From a virus (lineage: Duplodnaviria; Caudoviricetes): 45,496 bases of DNA. Of the stretch, positions 9,154-18,865 are shown one piece after another. The position numbers were made by a program, and so were the translations under genes. The DNA lies in IMG/VR virus record IMGVR_UViG_3300044210_000025, positions 1-45,496 of that record; one strand, written 5' to 3'. Every line of letters starts with the position of its first letter. Position 1 is the first letter of the stretch. The notes under the pieces were generated by a model. It was not told the origin of the DNA, searched no databases, and was given only the letters and a program-made list of their open reading frames with translations.

Positions 9154-11421
9154 TCACTTACTCGGGGCTGCCTCTGCTGGCACCCCCTGCTGAACTCGTG
9201 TTTGCGGCGGCTGTGCACCAGGGGCCTTGTTGGTCTGGCCGGTCGGAATGGCCGGAGGAACAGGACCACCCGGGCCTGGAGGCTGTCCACCTGGCGCTCC
9301 TGGTGGTCCTCCTGGCATCGGAGGAGGAGCGGCCAGCTTCTGCGCAATTTCCTCATCTGTGAGGACGTATTGTAACAGGTTCTGCGCAGACCTGACGGTC
9401 AGGCAGTCGCGCGCCACAGCCGCGAACATCTGCGGCTTGAAGATGATACTTGCCAGTTGTGGAGGAATACCCTTGGTGAGCATCCCGAGAATGTCGTCCT
9501 TTTCTGCTATGCGCTGGGCCTGGCTCGTGAATCGCAAGTCGGCCGTGAAAAGAATGTGGTAGTCGTCCCGGTACAGCTCACGACCGACGGTGATTTTCTG
9601 TCCTTGCTGGTACCGGGGCTCGACAACAACAAGCGTCTTCGACTCGTCGAGGTGTTGGAAGTTCAGGAGAGCGTTGTTCTTGACCACGTTCCCAAACATC
9701 TCGACGAAGTTGGTAGCGAACACCGTCAACTGTCGCACCGCTTGCTCGAGCCGCCCCGCCTGCCCCCTGAACGTCTCCTGGGCCTCGCGCTCTCCAGAAA
9801 GCACGTCAGGGGCGCTTGCCACCCCGTCCGCCGCCTCAATCTGATTGTCGATGGCGGCCAGAAGCTGTGGGTTGGCTTGGTCCGCTTTGAGCCGGAAAAT
9901 AGCTTTTTCCATCATGTCGATCGGTATCCCGCGAATCCGATGGAAGTGATTCGGCGATATCGTCTTTACCCCCGGTGGAAGGCGGACGGCCTCATGCAAG
10001 AACCCGGTTGTCGAATTGGCCAACGTTCCAGCGTCGACGAACTGATTGAGCAGGATGTTGGCCGCTCGCTGGTATGGCATGAGCGCCTGGCCGATTCCAA
10101 GACCGTGTGAGCCTTGCGGGTTCTCGATACACGCAGCGTGTGAGAATTGCTCGATCGTCTTCTGCCGGCATGGCTTCGGAGGCTTTGGCATTCCGTCGTC
10201 GTCGTACTCGATCCATCGCGGAGGAGCCGGCTGCGGTGGAGACTGACGCTGAACCTGCTCGGCCACGATCTGACTTTCCAATGGGTCAACGCCTGGCTGC
10301 TGAAGCTGCTGCAAGAGCTGCTGCTCACGCATTAGACCTTCGGCGTAGAGCTTCGTGTCGGCCAGATACTGCGCGTATTCCTGACTTTCGCGATCGAAGC
10401 GGATTCGGTCATCCGGGTCGTCGTATTCGCGCTTGAACAATGCCAGAAGCGTCTTGGTTCGATAGTCGACCACCGCGCGAATTGGCGTTTCGTCCTCCTG
10501 GCCAGGAAGTGTAGTCCAGCCGTGGTATTCGAGCAGCGCGTACGGAGCGTCGTTTCGAGCTTCCGACTTGTCCTTGCCCTCGTAGGCGTCGACTACCTCC
10601 CTCGTCTTCTTTTCAATCTCATCGTCGAACGATCCTTCTTTGTTCTGCTTGATGACCTCGTCAACCTGAGCCCAGATGCCAAGCCTCTGCATCTTGCGCA
10701 TCTGACGCTTGTACTTGCGAAGAATCTTGGTCTTCCGTGGTACGTCCGACATGTCAACAAGTGGAGGTGTTGACGTGTATGGGTAGACGAAGTCACTCGA
10801 CGACAGGAACTCGTGTGCGTTGACATCATCTTCAAAATCACGATAGCTTTGAAACACGCACTCGCCGTGGTTATAGAACTCGAGCAGAGCCCTACGCACG
10901 TACTGCTTGAATCCCCGCACTTCTTTCTGGAACTGCCAGTTCTGGTGTAGCTCAACAAGGCGCGCCCGCTCCTTATCCGCCGGGTCGTCTGACATCGGGA
11001 TAGCTTCGAACATCGGCATGCGGTCGCGAAACAGCTCGGCGTAGGTCCTGTGGACGAGGCGCAAGATGCGCTCCTGGATGACCGGGACATGCATGTTTGC
11101 GCAGTTCTTGAACGGCTCTTCCTTGTCATCGAGCTGACCCAGAAAGAGCTTCATTTCTTCGGCGCGTTTTTCGAACCATGACTCTCGTGATTTCCAGTCC
11201 TCGTCGAATTCGTCGACTATTTGCTTTGGCAAGTCCTTTCGAACGAAGTCATCGATTTTCTTGTCGGTCTTCCCCATCTCCAGGAGCACGGGAACAAGGT
11301 TGACGGCGTCTTCTGGCAGCTCGATAGGCTTTGCAGGGGCATCGGCAGGATCTGGCATGCCCTCGTCCATCGCTTGTGCATATTGCTCTGGTTCTTGCTC
11401 GTCGATGATTTCGTCGGCCAT
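9154..11421 (-). CDS. Portal protein
   Basis: 755 aa after terminase; EPFKNCANMHVPVI, GSHGLGIG, NQFVDAGTLAN motifs; Pro/Gly-rich C-terminal tail. Confidence 0.85.
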   Translation of the reverse strand: MADEIIDEQEPEQYAQAMDEGMPDPADAPAKPIELPEDAVNLVPVLLEMGKTDKKIDDFVRKDLPKQIVDEFDEDWKSRESWFEKRAEEMKLFLGQLDDKEEPFKNCANMHVPVIQERILRLVHRTYAELFRDRMPMFEAIPMSDDPADKERARLVELHQNWQFQKEVRGFKQYVRRALLEFYNHGECVFQSYRDFEDDVNAHEFLSSSDFVYPYTSTPPLVDMSDVPRKTKILRKYKRQMRKMQRLGIWAQVDEVIKQNKEGSFDDEIEKKTREVVDAYEGKDKSEARNDAPYALLEYHGWTTLPGQEDETPIRAVVDYRTKTLLALFKREYDDPDDRIRFDRESQEYAQYLADTKLYAEGLMREQQLLQQLQQPGVDPLESQIVAEQVQRQSPPQPAPPRWIEYDDDGMPKPPKPCRQKTIEQFSHAACIENPQGSHGLGIGQALMPYQRAANILLNQFVDAGTLANSTTGFLHEAVRLPPGVKTISPNHFHRIRGIPIDMMEKAIFRLKADQANPQLLAAIDNQIEAADGVASAPDVLSGEREAQETFRGQAGRLEQAVRQLTVFATNFVEMFGNVVKNNALLNFQHLDESKTLVVVEPRYQQGQKITVGRELYRDDYHILFTADLRFTSQAQRIAEKDDILGMLTKGIPPQLASIIFKPQMFAAVARDCLTVRSAQNLLQYVLTDEEIAQKLAAPPPMPGGPPGAPGGQPPGPGGPVPPAIPTGQTNKAPGAQPPQTRVQQGVPAEAAPSK

Positions 11422-11430
11422 GGCGATCCT

Positions 11431-12975
11431 TTATTGGAAATATCCCCTGGAACCGCGCGACGCGCGTTTGTCTCGAGCCCGGTCCAAGTCGTTGTATTCC
11501 GTAACACCAGAGTCCTCCCAAACGTCATCCGGGTCAATGCCCCTGCCAGACGCCTCGCGCGTTTCAGGGGCCGCCATCCGCGACATCACGGCGTACTGGA
11601 CGCAGTTCAGCCAGTGGTCGTCGCCGCCCTCTGCAGGCTTCTCGGCGTTTTCCTTGTCAGTGCCGATGGTCGGGATGGTTCGGATGGTGTGCGTGCAGGT
11701 GTTGAAAAACGTAATGCCTGGCCGCGCGTCTTTGGACTTGGGAACGTCCCGCAAGCGCCGCAAGAATTCCGCGGTGCTCGCAACCCGGTCCTTCGTGCAG
11801 TTTTCCCAGTAGACGCCGTACCTGGCCATGGTCTCAGCCATCGACGGCCCGACGGTTCCGATCTTAGAATTCATCTGGTAGTCACAGACCCCGCTCACAC
11901 GAGAGCAGTCGTTGACCCTGTCCCACTCGTCCGCGCCCTGTTCGATGTTCTTGATGGCGATGGCCACGAGTTCGGAATCCTTCCGCTCGGATTCCTTTAC
12001 CTTGTGGTTGAAGGTGACCTCTCGGTAGCATACGAGGTCATCATCGGGCGTCTTGGCGAACCACATAACTGGGCATGCCGTCTTGTAGCCCCAGTCGATG
12101 ACCCTCATGCGAGGCCAGCTCTTTGGGATTGCGTACGGTTCTACTACGTGCACGTCCGGGTTCCATTCGGCCGCGAAGAACGATCCGTCGACGATTCCCC
12201 ACAGGCCGTCGAGTCTGGCCTTGCGCAGGGGGGCCGGAAGGTCCATTAGCGATGCTTCGTAGTCGCGTCGGAAGTCAGGATTCGGATTGTCCTCGAGCCT
12301 GGCCGGTATGTACACGCGGTGGCGTTCTTCCGTCGAACCGTCGCGAAGCTTGTGCTGCGTGTAGATAAGCTTGCGACCCTCCGGTGCCGGGTCAACGAAG
12401 TGCTCTTTCACCCAAAGCCCGCCAGGCGGCGCGTCTGGATTTGTTGCACAGCGAACGCGCAGGAGCGGCCGAAGCACATCGTCGTCGGTTCGAACGCGCG
12501 ATGTAGCCATTTTATACTGCTTCTCGGTGAACTGCACCGCCTCGTCGAACGCCATCGACGTGTACTCGTTGCTGTCGTAACGTCGAAAGTCTTCTTCGTC
12601 CTGCATGTTCCCGAACTGGTAGCGGTATCCGCACGAAAACGTGTAGGTGTAGTCTTTCCCGTCCCAGCGCACGCCCGGATCAACCTTTCGAATGAACCTG
12701 TCCACCTTGGCAATGGCCTGGTCCATCATCGGGTAAATGCGCCTGAAGTAGATGTGCCATCCCTTGCTAACAAACTCTTCTCCGCGCCTTAGCGCTTCAA
12801 GGTACCTGCGGTGCTCGACAACCAGCTGGGTTACAATCGGGTCCCACCACAAAAAGATACTCTTCCCGCATCCAGCGGTTCCGCCGTACAACAGCTCTCG
12901 CGCCTGGCACAGGTGCGCCTCTCGCTGCACGCCGCTCGGCTCGTAAATCAGGTTCGTGTGGAGCTGCTGGTCCAT
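11431..12975 (-). CDS. terL: Terminase large subunit
   Basis: Walker A LYGGTAGCGKS, Walker B MAFDEA, CATNP motif, nuclease IDWGY and DDHWLNCVQY. Confidence 0.93.
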   Translation of the reverse strand: MDQQLHTNLIYEPSGVQREAHLCQARELLYGGTAGCGKSIFLWWDPIVTQLVVEHRRYLEALRRGEEFVSKGWHIYFRRIYPMMDQAIAKVDRFIRKVDPGVRWDGKDYTYTFSCGYRYQFGNMQDEEDFRRYDSNEYTSMAFDEAVQFTEKQYKMATSRVRTDDDVLRPLLRVRCATNPDAPPGGLWVKEHFVDPAPEGRKLIYTQHKLRDGSTEERHRVYIPARLEDNPNPDFRRDYEASLMDLPAPLRKARLDGLWGIVDGSFFAAEWNPDVHVVEPYAIPKSWPRMRVIDWGYKTACPVMWFAKTPDDDLVCYREVTFNHKVKESERKDSELVAIAIKNIEQGADEWDRVNDCSRVSGVCDYQMNSKIGTVGPSMAETMARYGVYWENCTKDRVASTAEFLRRLRDVPKSKDARPGITFFNTCTHTIRTIPTIGTDKENAEKPAEGGDDHWLNCVQYAVMSRMAAPETREASGRGIDPDDVWEDSGVTEYNDLDRARDKRASRGSRGYFQ

Positions 12976-14642
12976 CAGGGCATTGCTGGAACAGGAGAAT
13001 CGAGGTCAGCTGTGTAGAAGTAAATATCGACCGGATCGGGCGATTCGGTGTAAGCAGAAATTCTGATTCCCGGATGCACCGGTGGGTGGAATGAACCACT
13101 GGTAGTCGTGCATTGCGTATTCCAACCGGATGGAGAGTTAGGTTCAAAATAGAAATTCTTTGATACGCTCTGTTCTACACTGGCGGACGGCCCACCTACA
13201 AATGCGTCCATTGTGTACAGTCGACCTCCGCCACCCTCCATGATTACCGGGAAATCCATAATGAGCCCAGTCGGCACAACACTGTCGACATTTCCTGCAC
13301 ACGACTGCTGGCCGTCAGGGTATGTGCCTGTCGGCTTGTGCTTGCCGTATACAACAACTTCAGCTCGAATGAAGCTTCTATAGCGTAACGATGATGCCTC
13401 GGAGCGAACGCGCATTGTCCACGTTCCGACGGGCCAAACCATTCTCTCTGCAGCATAGTTCACGTACCATGCGCCAGGCTCGTAGTGAGGTGTTGTTATT
13501 TCCACGATGCCACTTGAGCTGGTAATTCCAATAGCCCTTGCAACCCCGGGTGACGAACTTGGATACTGAACCTTTGTAATCGGACAGATCCCATAGACCG
13601 ATTGACAACCGTCGATATCGACCATGTACGCCCCTCCCGGCGCACGATTTGTCGGTACGATCGTCGGCCCAACGTCGATTCCAGCGGAGTTGCTTGTTGT
13701 CGTGACGGTGAACGTGTTGCTGGTTGTAGCAGTTTCTGTGGAATTCGTCGTTGCCGTGTTTGTGTTAGTCCAGGTCCCCGTTCCTGTTCCGGTTGCCGTT
13801 GTCGATATCGTGCTCTGGGTTGCGGTCGCCACCTGTGACCGTGAAGCTGTCCACGTCTTCGTTCCCGTCACGGTCATAGTGGTTCCCAGGAAGGTCTGCG
13901 TGTTGCTGACGGTTTCCGTAGTCGCTCCGCTTCCCGTTACCGATACCGTCGTTGTTCCGCTGGCCGTCTGCGTTCCAGTCGCAGATCCGGACACCGTACC
14001 TGTGCCTGTACCAGTGCCAGTCGCCGTGCCTGTGCCAGTGCCAGTCGCAGACGCCGTCGTCGTCAACGTTGAGGCCAGTGTAACGGTTACCGTCGTCGTG
14101 TAGGTCCTGCTGTTGGTTCTCGTCGACGTTCCGGTGGTAGTCGGTGGCGTCCCGGTGTAGGTCGCGGTGAACAGATCAGGGAACAGCGCTGTCACAGATT
14201 GCGTTTCCGTTCCGGTTCCTGTTGTGCTGGCCGATGCGGTGATATTTCCCGTTCCGTGTGCGGTTGTGGTCTGCGTGACTGGAATGGTGGCTGTCGTGGT
14301 CCGTGTGTAAGACGCTGTTGTTGTCAGTGTGTTTGTGGCAACGAAACCTATTCCGTTGGCTCCGTAGAGGTATCCGTTCCCAAGCGTGACGGTCGCTCTT
14401 GTCGCCGTGATGATTCCTGTGCTCGTCCCATTGGTGAGCGTACCGGTTCGCGTGTACGTCTCGGTTCCTGTCGACAGGTACGTCGACGTCCCAACCTTGA
14501 CTGCTTGTGGTGGCAGGTTCTCAACCGGGACCTGCTTGGTTGCGCGAAGCAGAGGCGCGTAACCTTGGGTAACATCTGCGACAACTGGACACGCAAGAAG
14601 CGTCGTCGCCAACCACGCCAAGACAAAGGCAAGATGTCTCAT
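12975..14642 (-). CDS. Signal-peptide-bearing Thr-rich protein
   Basis: Start MRHLAFVLAWLATTLLACPVVA at an ATGA overlap; long Thr-rich tract with TxT alternation; globular C-terminus. Confidence 0.75.
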   Translation of the reverse strand: MRHLAFVLAWLATTLLACPVVADVTQGYAPLLRATKQVPVENLPPQAVKVGTSTYLSTGTETYTRTGTLTNGTSTGIITATRATVTLGNGYLYGANGIGFVATNTLTTTASYTRTTTATIPVTQTTTAHGTGNITASASTTGTGTETQSVTALFPDLFTATYTGTPPTTTGTSTRTNSRTYTTTVTVTLASTLTTTASATGTGTGTATGTGTGTGTVSGSATGTQTASGTTTVSVTGSGATTETVSNTQTFLGTTMTVTGTKTWTASRSQVATATQSTISTTATGTGTGTWTNTNTATTNSTETATTSNTFTVTTTSNSAGIDVGPTIVPTNRAPGGAYMVDIDGCQSVYGICPITKVQYPSSSPGVARAIGITSSSGIVEITTPHYEPGAWYVNYAAERMVWPVGTWTMRVRSEASSLRYRSFIRAEVVVYGKHKPTGTYPDGQQSCAGNVDSVVPTGLIMDFPVIMEGGGGRLYTMDAFVGGPSASVEQSVSKNFYFEPNSPSGWNTQCTTTSGSFHPPVHPGIRISAYTESPDPVDIYFYTADLDSPVPAMP

Positions 14643-16459
14643 TGCAATGAACCTCCGTTGAATCGCCAATATTGCAGCTGACCCAACTCAGGGTCCGTCT
14701 CGTCGACCAAGTCAACCATGCGAAATATTGCACACCCCATCTTCGCGGTCCCCATCTGTGGTAGCTCGAGAGCCAGCTTGAACACTGGTTCCGTCACCGA
14801 TGCTCCGTCGTTCATCACGATCGGTTCAACGAATGTGCAGGCGATGGTGTGACCGTTGCGGTGACCAGCTGTCGTGATGCCGTTGAGTTCCTTGAGCGTT
14901 CCACCATGGACCTTCAGGTTCGTGTGCCCCTGAGTGTCGATGATGCCAGCGCCATCGATCGTGACGTCGAACCAATCCTCTTCCGAGGCCGTCGTGATGG
15001 TGTCGAACTTCATAGAGCTCTTCCACCATGTGCCGCGGGTCGCGCTGTTGTATCGGATCGTCACGGCGACCAGCTCGGTGATGTCGGTGTACAGAACAGG
15101 CTTAAGCAAGATTCTCTGCGCCGACGTCAGCGTGTAGGACGAGGAAAGCTCATACTGAAATGTCAGGTTGTGGGTCGTCGTGTTCAAGAACAACGGCGAC
15201 GATTCGGCGACAAACACCGTCGCGTTCAGCGTCACACCATCCGCTTCGTATACGTAGGCATAGAGCCGAATGGTGACTGTTCCTGTGGTGGCCCCAGTGG
15301 TGACGGTGACTTGCTCCACCGCAAAGCTTTGCGTTCCAGCCGGTATCGATGTCGTGCCAGGCGTCCCAGGAAGAGTCATAAACGCCTGTGGAAAATCCGT
15401 TTCTCCTCCAAATGACTGGTAACAGGTCAGGTCTCCGTTGTCGCTGTCTGCCGGTTCGGTGACGAGCTGGGCAGATGTCAAAAGCTCATAGGACGTGGCC
15501 GCCGTCATCGTGTCAAGAAGCTCAAGGGTCAGTGCAGTCGCATCGACCACGATCGGGTTGTCGGTCGTGATTCGAAGGTATTTCCCCTCGTACTGGACGC
15601 CGGTCCCGCCGATATAGACGTACGCACCGTTGCACAGTCCGGCCGACGTGTTGGCATCCGGCATGCGGCGGATCACCGGCTTCGTCGACACGCCCCACTC
15701 TCCGACCATGTGAAAGCCGCAGTCGACCACCTCGTAGGTAAAGAAGTGCACCGGATCCGTCCACGGCGGATCGATCGTAACGGGGCACCATGACACAACC
15801 ACATCCCCATCCTCGAGCACGATACCGGGCGAGCCAGTCGAGTCCATCCCATAGAGCTGTCCAGCGAACCCTGACCACTGCCAGGTGCTCACCCCGGAAA
15901 TCTGTGTCCAAAGCGAGGAGAATAGCGTTCCGGTCTCATCCCCCCACGGCAGCAAACACCTGGCTTCGGTTCGAGCCAACTGGTCGCTCTTCTTCGCAGG
16001 GTACAGGTACGAGCCCTCGACAGCCGGGTCGGCCGCCGGGTGCGAATGGTTGCCGTCGGCTACGAGGCCGCTGTTGCCAGGGTCGTCAGTTCCGACCTTT
16101 TTCATCGGTCCTGGATAGAACCCAGGGAACGCAGCTGGAAGCACGAGAGCATCCAGGATTACCATGGCCTGCTTGAGCGTGTTAGTTCCAAGCAGGCGTC
16201 CAATGAACGTTGAATCGTCCGTGTTGATGGCTGCGCTCGGGTGCTGGCGCGCGGTCGCCCTGCTCGCCGCTGTCAACGCCGTGTGGTCGTCAAACGCAGT
16301 CGGATAGGTGTCGATAACGTCAACAATGTCGTTCACCCTGCGACGAAGTTGCTGCAGGAGCGGCCACACCTCGCGCTGGATGGCCGACAGCAGGTCCTCG
16401 GCGCTCCCAGGCGCCTTCGGAGATACGGCTTGGATGATTTTCCGCAAGATTGAGGTCAT
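14639..16459 (-). CDS. Fibre / receptor-binding-like protein
   Basis: 606 aa; segment RRMPDANTSAGLCNGAYVYI...ITTDNPIVVDATALTL resembles a recurrent phage fibre domain. Confidence 0.55.
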   Translation of the reverse strand: MTSILRKIIQAVSPKAPGSAEDLLSAIQREVWPLLQQLRRRVNDIVDVIDTYPTAFDDHTALTAASRATARQHPSAAINTDDSTFIGRLLGTNTLKQAMVILDALVLPAAFPGFYPGPMKKVGTDDPGNSGLVADGNHSHPAADPAVEGSYLYPAKKSDQLARTEARCLLPWGDETGTLFSSLWTQISGVSTWQWSGFAGQLYGMDSTGSPGIVLEDGDVVVSWCPVTIDPPWTDPVHFFTYEVVDCGFHMVGEWGVSTKPVIRRMPDANTSAGLCNGAYVYIGGTGVQYEGKYLRITTDNPIVVDATALTLELLDTMTAATSYELLTSAQLVTEPADSDNGDLTCYQSFGGETDFPQAFMTLPGTPGTTSIPAGTQSFAVEQVTVTTGATTGTVTIRLYAYVYEADGVTLNATVFVAESSPLFLNTTTHNLTFQYELSSSYTLTSAQRILLKPVLYTDITELVAVTIRYNSATRGTWWKSSMKFDTITTASEEDWFDVTIDGAGIIDTQGHTNLKVHGGTLKELNGITTAGHRNGHTIACTFVEPIVMNDGASVTEPVFKLALELPQMGTAKMGCAIFRMVDLVDETDPELGQLQYWRFNGGSLQ

Positions 16460-16878
16460 TTTTTCTCGCTCTCGTCCAGCAATGGCTGCTCTGGGCTGGC
16501 TGGAACACGAGCATACACCGGAGCCGCCTGCACAACGATGAACTGCGGAGCCAGCTCCGGAGGCGTTCGCGCCTGGCCGGCGGCGGCCATGAGGCGCTGG
16601 GCGGTGTCCTGCACTTCATACGCCTTGGTCAGGTACAGGGGCGCGTTTCTCGCACAATTCATCGCGTCCCTGGCTATTCTCAACTCCTTCGGAGTCATGT
16701 CCTCCGGAATGGCTGGGATCGGGCGCCCGTTGGCGTCGACGATCGGGTTCCCTCCTGCATCTACCGGATCCCAATCAACCTCGGCAGCACGCTGTGCGGC
16801 GGCGACGATTCCGGCAGCTTCAATGATGGTGCGCTCAAACCTGGCAATCAGGGCATCGTTGGCCCTCGATAGCACCAT
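16456..16878 (-). CDS. Hypothetical helical protein, candidate terminase small subunit
   Basis: About 140 aa, helical, upstream of terL; start uncertain (GTG at 16896 is possible); function inferred from position only. Confidence 0.45.
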   Translation of the reverse strand: MVLSRANDALIARFERTIIEAAGIVAAAQRAAEVDWDPVDAGGNPIVDANGRPIPAIPEDMTPKELRIARDAMNCARNAPLYLTKAYEVQDTAQRLMAAAGQARTPPELAPQFIVVQAAPVYARVPASPEQPLLDESEKK

Positions 16879-16900
16879 TCCGCGAGTCGCCGCCACCTCT

Positions 16901-17062
16901 TCACACTTTCGTGGGCGCGCTCCAGCGCGAGAACTGCGGCAGCGCCATCCCGGCGAGGGCCGCCCCGATTCCAGTGAGAAGCGTCTCGGCTCCCTTGAAG
17001 ATTTGTCCAAGGATGATGGCTGCGATTCCAACGATGATTGCGATGAGGTCGATGGGTTTCAT
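16901..17062 (-). CDS. Putative holin
   Basis: 53 aa, two hydrophobic segments, SD AAGGAG, close to the endolysin. Confidence 0.6.
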   Translation of the reverse strand: MKPIDLIAIIVGIAAIILGQIFKGAETLLTGIGAALAGMALPQFSRWSAPTKV

Positions 17063-17073
17063 GGTGCACTCCT

Positions 17074-17265
17074 TCAGTTCTCTCTCGGCCATTCGGTCTG
17101 CGCCGAAGTCCACATGGTCAGCAGAACACATCGCTCCGCTTCCTTCGGCATATTCTGTATTCCATAATACGTGAAAGTGTAGCCCCTGCACCAGACGATT
17201 CCGACATCGCTACGATTCAACACCGGCTCCGGGCAGGCCGCCACGAAGTCTTCCACCGTGCTCAT
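17074..17265 (-). CDS. Hypothetical protein
   Basis: 63 aa MSTVEDFVAA...; ATGA overlap with the endolysin stop. Confidence 0.55.
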   Translation of the reverse strand: MSTVEDFVAACPEPVLNRSDVGIVWCRGYTFTYYGIQNMPKEAERCVLLTMWTSAQTEWPREN

Positions 17266-17780
17266 GGGAACAACTTCACCGGGTCCAAATACCCCAGGCT
17301 GATGGTGTAGGTTGGCCTTGTCTTTTCTGCTACGCAGTTTCCTTCGCGCCCTCCAGCCGTGTTGGTGTTCCCTTCGATTGTGTGAAGGACGCCTCCCTCT
17401 CCAACGGAAACCACGATGCCAACGTGGCTGAGCTTGGCGTGCGTGACGTCGTCCACCCCGTGGTCGATTCCGAAGATGCACCCCACCACTGGCCTGTCCG
17501 ACCAAGCTCGGTGGTCCTTGGCCATGTGCATTAACAGATGGCCTCCAGCCACCGGTTGCAGTGGGTTGTGTAGCCCGCGCCTGTCGCACGCATCGTCCAG
17601 CATGCACCATGCGAAGGCCACGCACCAAGGCGCCCCTGGCTGCCGGTGCACACGACGAAGCCATGCGTCGATTTGTGGCCCCGAATTGCGCGAGGTCTCC
17701 TTCGTGCCAAGGTTCGCGCTCGCCTCGACCACCATCTGGGCTCGCAGCAGATTGGCTTGCAAGTCGTCCATGGTCAGCAC
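17262..17780 (-). CDS. CHAP-domain endolysin
   Basis: NSGPQIDAWL, PWCVAF (catalytic Cys), SHVGIV (His), TIEGNT. Confidence 0.88.
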   Translation of the reverse strand: MLTMDDLQANLLRAQMVVEASANLGTKETSRNSGPQIDAWLRRVHRQPGAPWCVAFAWCMLDDACDRRGLHNPLQPVAGGHLLMHMAKDHRAWSDRPVVGCIFGIDHGVDDVTHAKLSHVGIVVSVGEGGVLHTIEGNTNTAGGREGNCVAEKTRPTYTISLGYLDPVKLFP

Positions 17781-17977
17781 ACCTCCCTTTTGTTCATCGC
17801 CGCCAGCTCAGCAATCTGGCCAAGAAGCTCATCGTTCCTTCTCGCCTCGCTGTCGTACAGCGTTTCGTACTTCACGTGCAGCCGTCTCTCCCTGCGCAGA
17901 GCACGTTCGAGCTTCACGAACACCACCAGAAGAGCCGCGAGCCCCGCTAGCTGCAGGCAGAGAATAAGCGTCGCCAT
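17774..17977 (-). CDS. Small membrane-anchored coiled-coil protein (lysis-associated?)
   Basis: 67 aa; N-terminal hydrophobic helix; SD GGAGGAGTGA. Confidence 0.65.
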   Translation of the reverse strand: MATLILCLQLAGLAALLVVFVKLERALRRERRLHVKYETLYDSEARRNDELLGQIAELAAMNKREVC

Positions 17978-18134
17978 GGTTCACTCCTCCATGAGAAAAC
18001 TTGCCTCAACCGTAACACAAGTCCGCCCAGGCAGAGCGTCACCAAACGCACAAAGAAAGAGGCAGGTAGCCCAAACGAGATCCCGCTACGCCGAGCTACC
18101 TGCCCCCCGCAGTACCAGACCATGGTAGCACGGG

Positions 18135-18452
18135 CTACTGGTCGCGGGAACCACCACATTCAACCATCGCTGCATCGACAGCCTCTAGAATAGCCTCACC
18201 AGAACCGTAGTAGACACAGGACCTCGGAGGATTACCCTGCGCTCGAGTGGCCAACGCGAGCTCATGCTCCCCACGCAGCACCAGGTCATCTCCCTGCTCA
18301 GCCAAGATGCCACAGTCCACCGGCCTGTGAACCACTGCCGTTACGTACGCTGACCCAGCGTTCCTACCAGCTTGGTAGTACGTAGCCAGCTCCGGGGTGC
18401 TACAGGTCGTGGGGGATGGAATGAATGCCAGAAGCGCCATGATGATGTTCAT
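18135..18452 (-). CDS. Hypothetical exported protein
   Basis: MNIIMALLAF start; extended -10-like TGcTACAGT 6 nt upstream of the ATG. Confidence 0.55.
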   Translation of the reverse strand: MNIIMALLAFIPSPTTCSTPELATYYQAGRNAGSAYVTAVVHRPVDCGILAEQGDDLVLRGEHELALATRAQGNPPRSCVYYGSGEAILEAVDAAMVECGGSRDQ

Positions 18453-18562
18453 GCGCACACTGTAGCACGAACGGTGCGTCAAGTAGTTGGTGGTTCGGAA
18501 TTTTCGCGGAGCGGAAGAGGCGCGGAATTTGGCACGGGTATGCCCAACCCGGTACCCACTCC

Positions 18563-18865
18563 CTACGTGACGTCGTGCAGCGCCCTGAACCCTCCGAGCG
18601 AGCGCGTGTTACGCCTGGCCTGGTGCTCCAGCGCCTTGCGCGCCCTGCCCGACTCCGTGCCTGACAGGTGTGACAGCACAAGGTCTGTCGCCTGGGCCAG
18701 CGTGAGGTACCAGTGTGCGTGGGCTGTGCCAGGTCCGTTGGTTCCTGGCGTGAGCTTCCTGGCTCCGAGCTGGCGAGCCTTGCGCGCCAGGGTCTCGGTA
18801 CAGCAGCCGAGGATGGCCGCGACCTGGGAGAGCTTGACCAGCCTCGGTATTGACGTCTTTTGCAT
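18563..18865 (-). CDS. Putative helix-turn-helix DNA-binding protein
   Basis: LVKLSQVAAILGCCTETLARKA resembles excisionase/MerR-type HTH; TATCAT 7 nt upstream of the ATG. Confidence 0.6.
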   Translation of the reverse strand: MQKTSIPRLVKLSQVAAILGCCTETLARKARQLGARKLTPGTNGPGTAHAHWYLTLAQATDLVLSHLSGTESGRARKALEHQARRNTRSLGGFRALHDVT

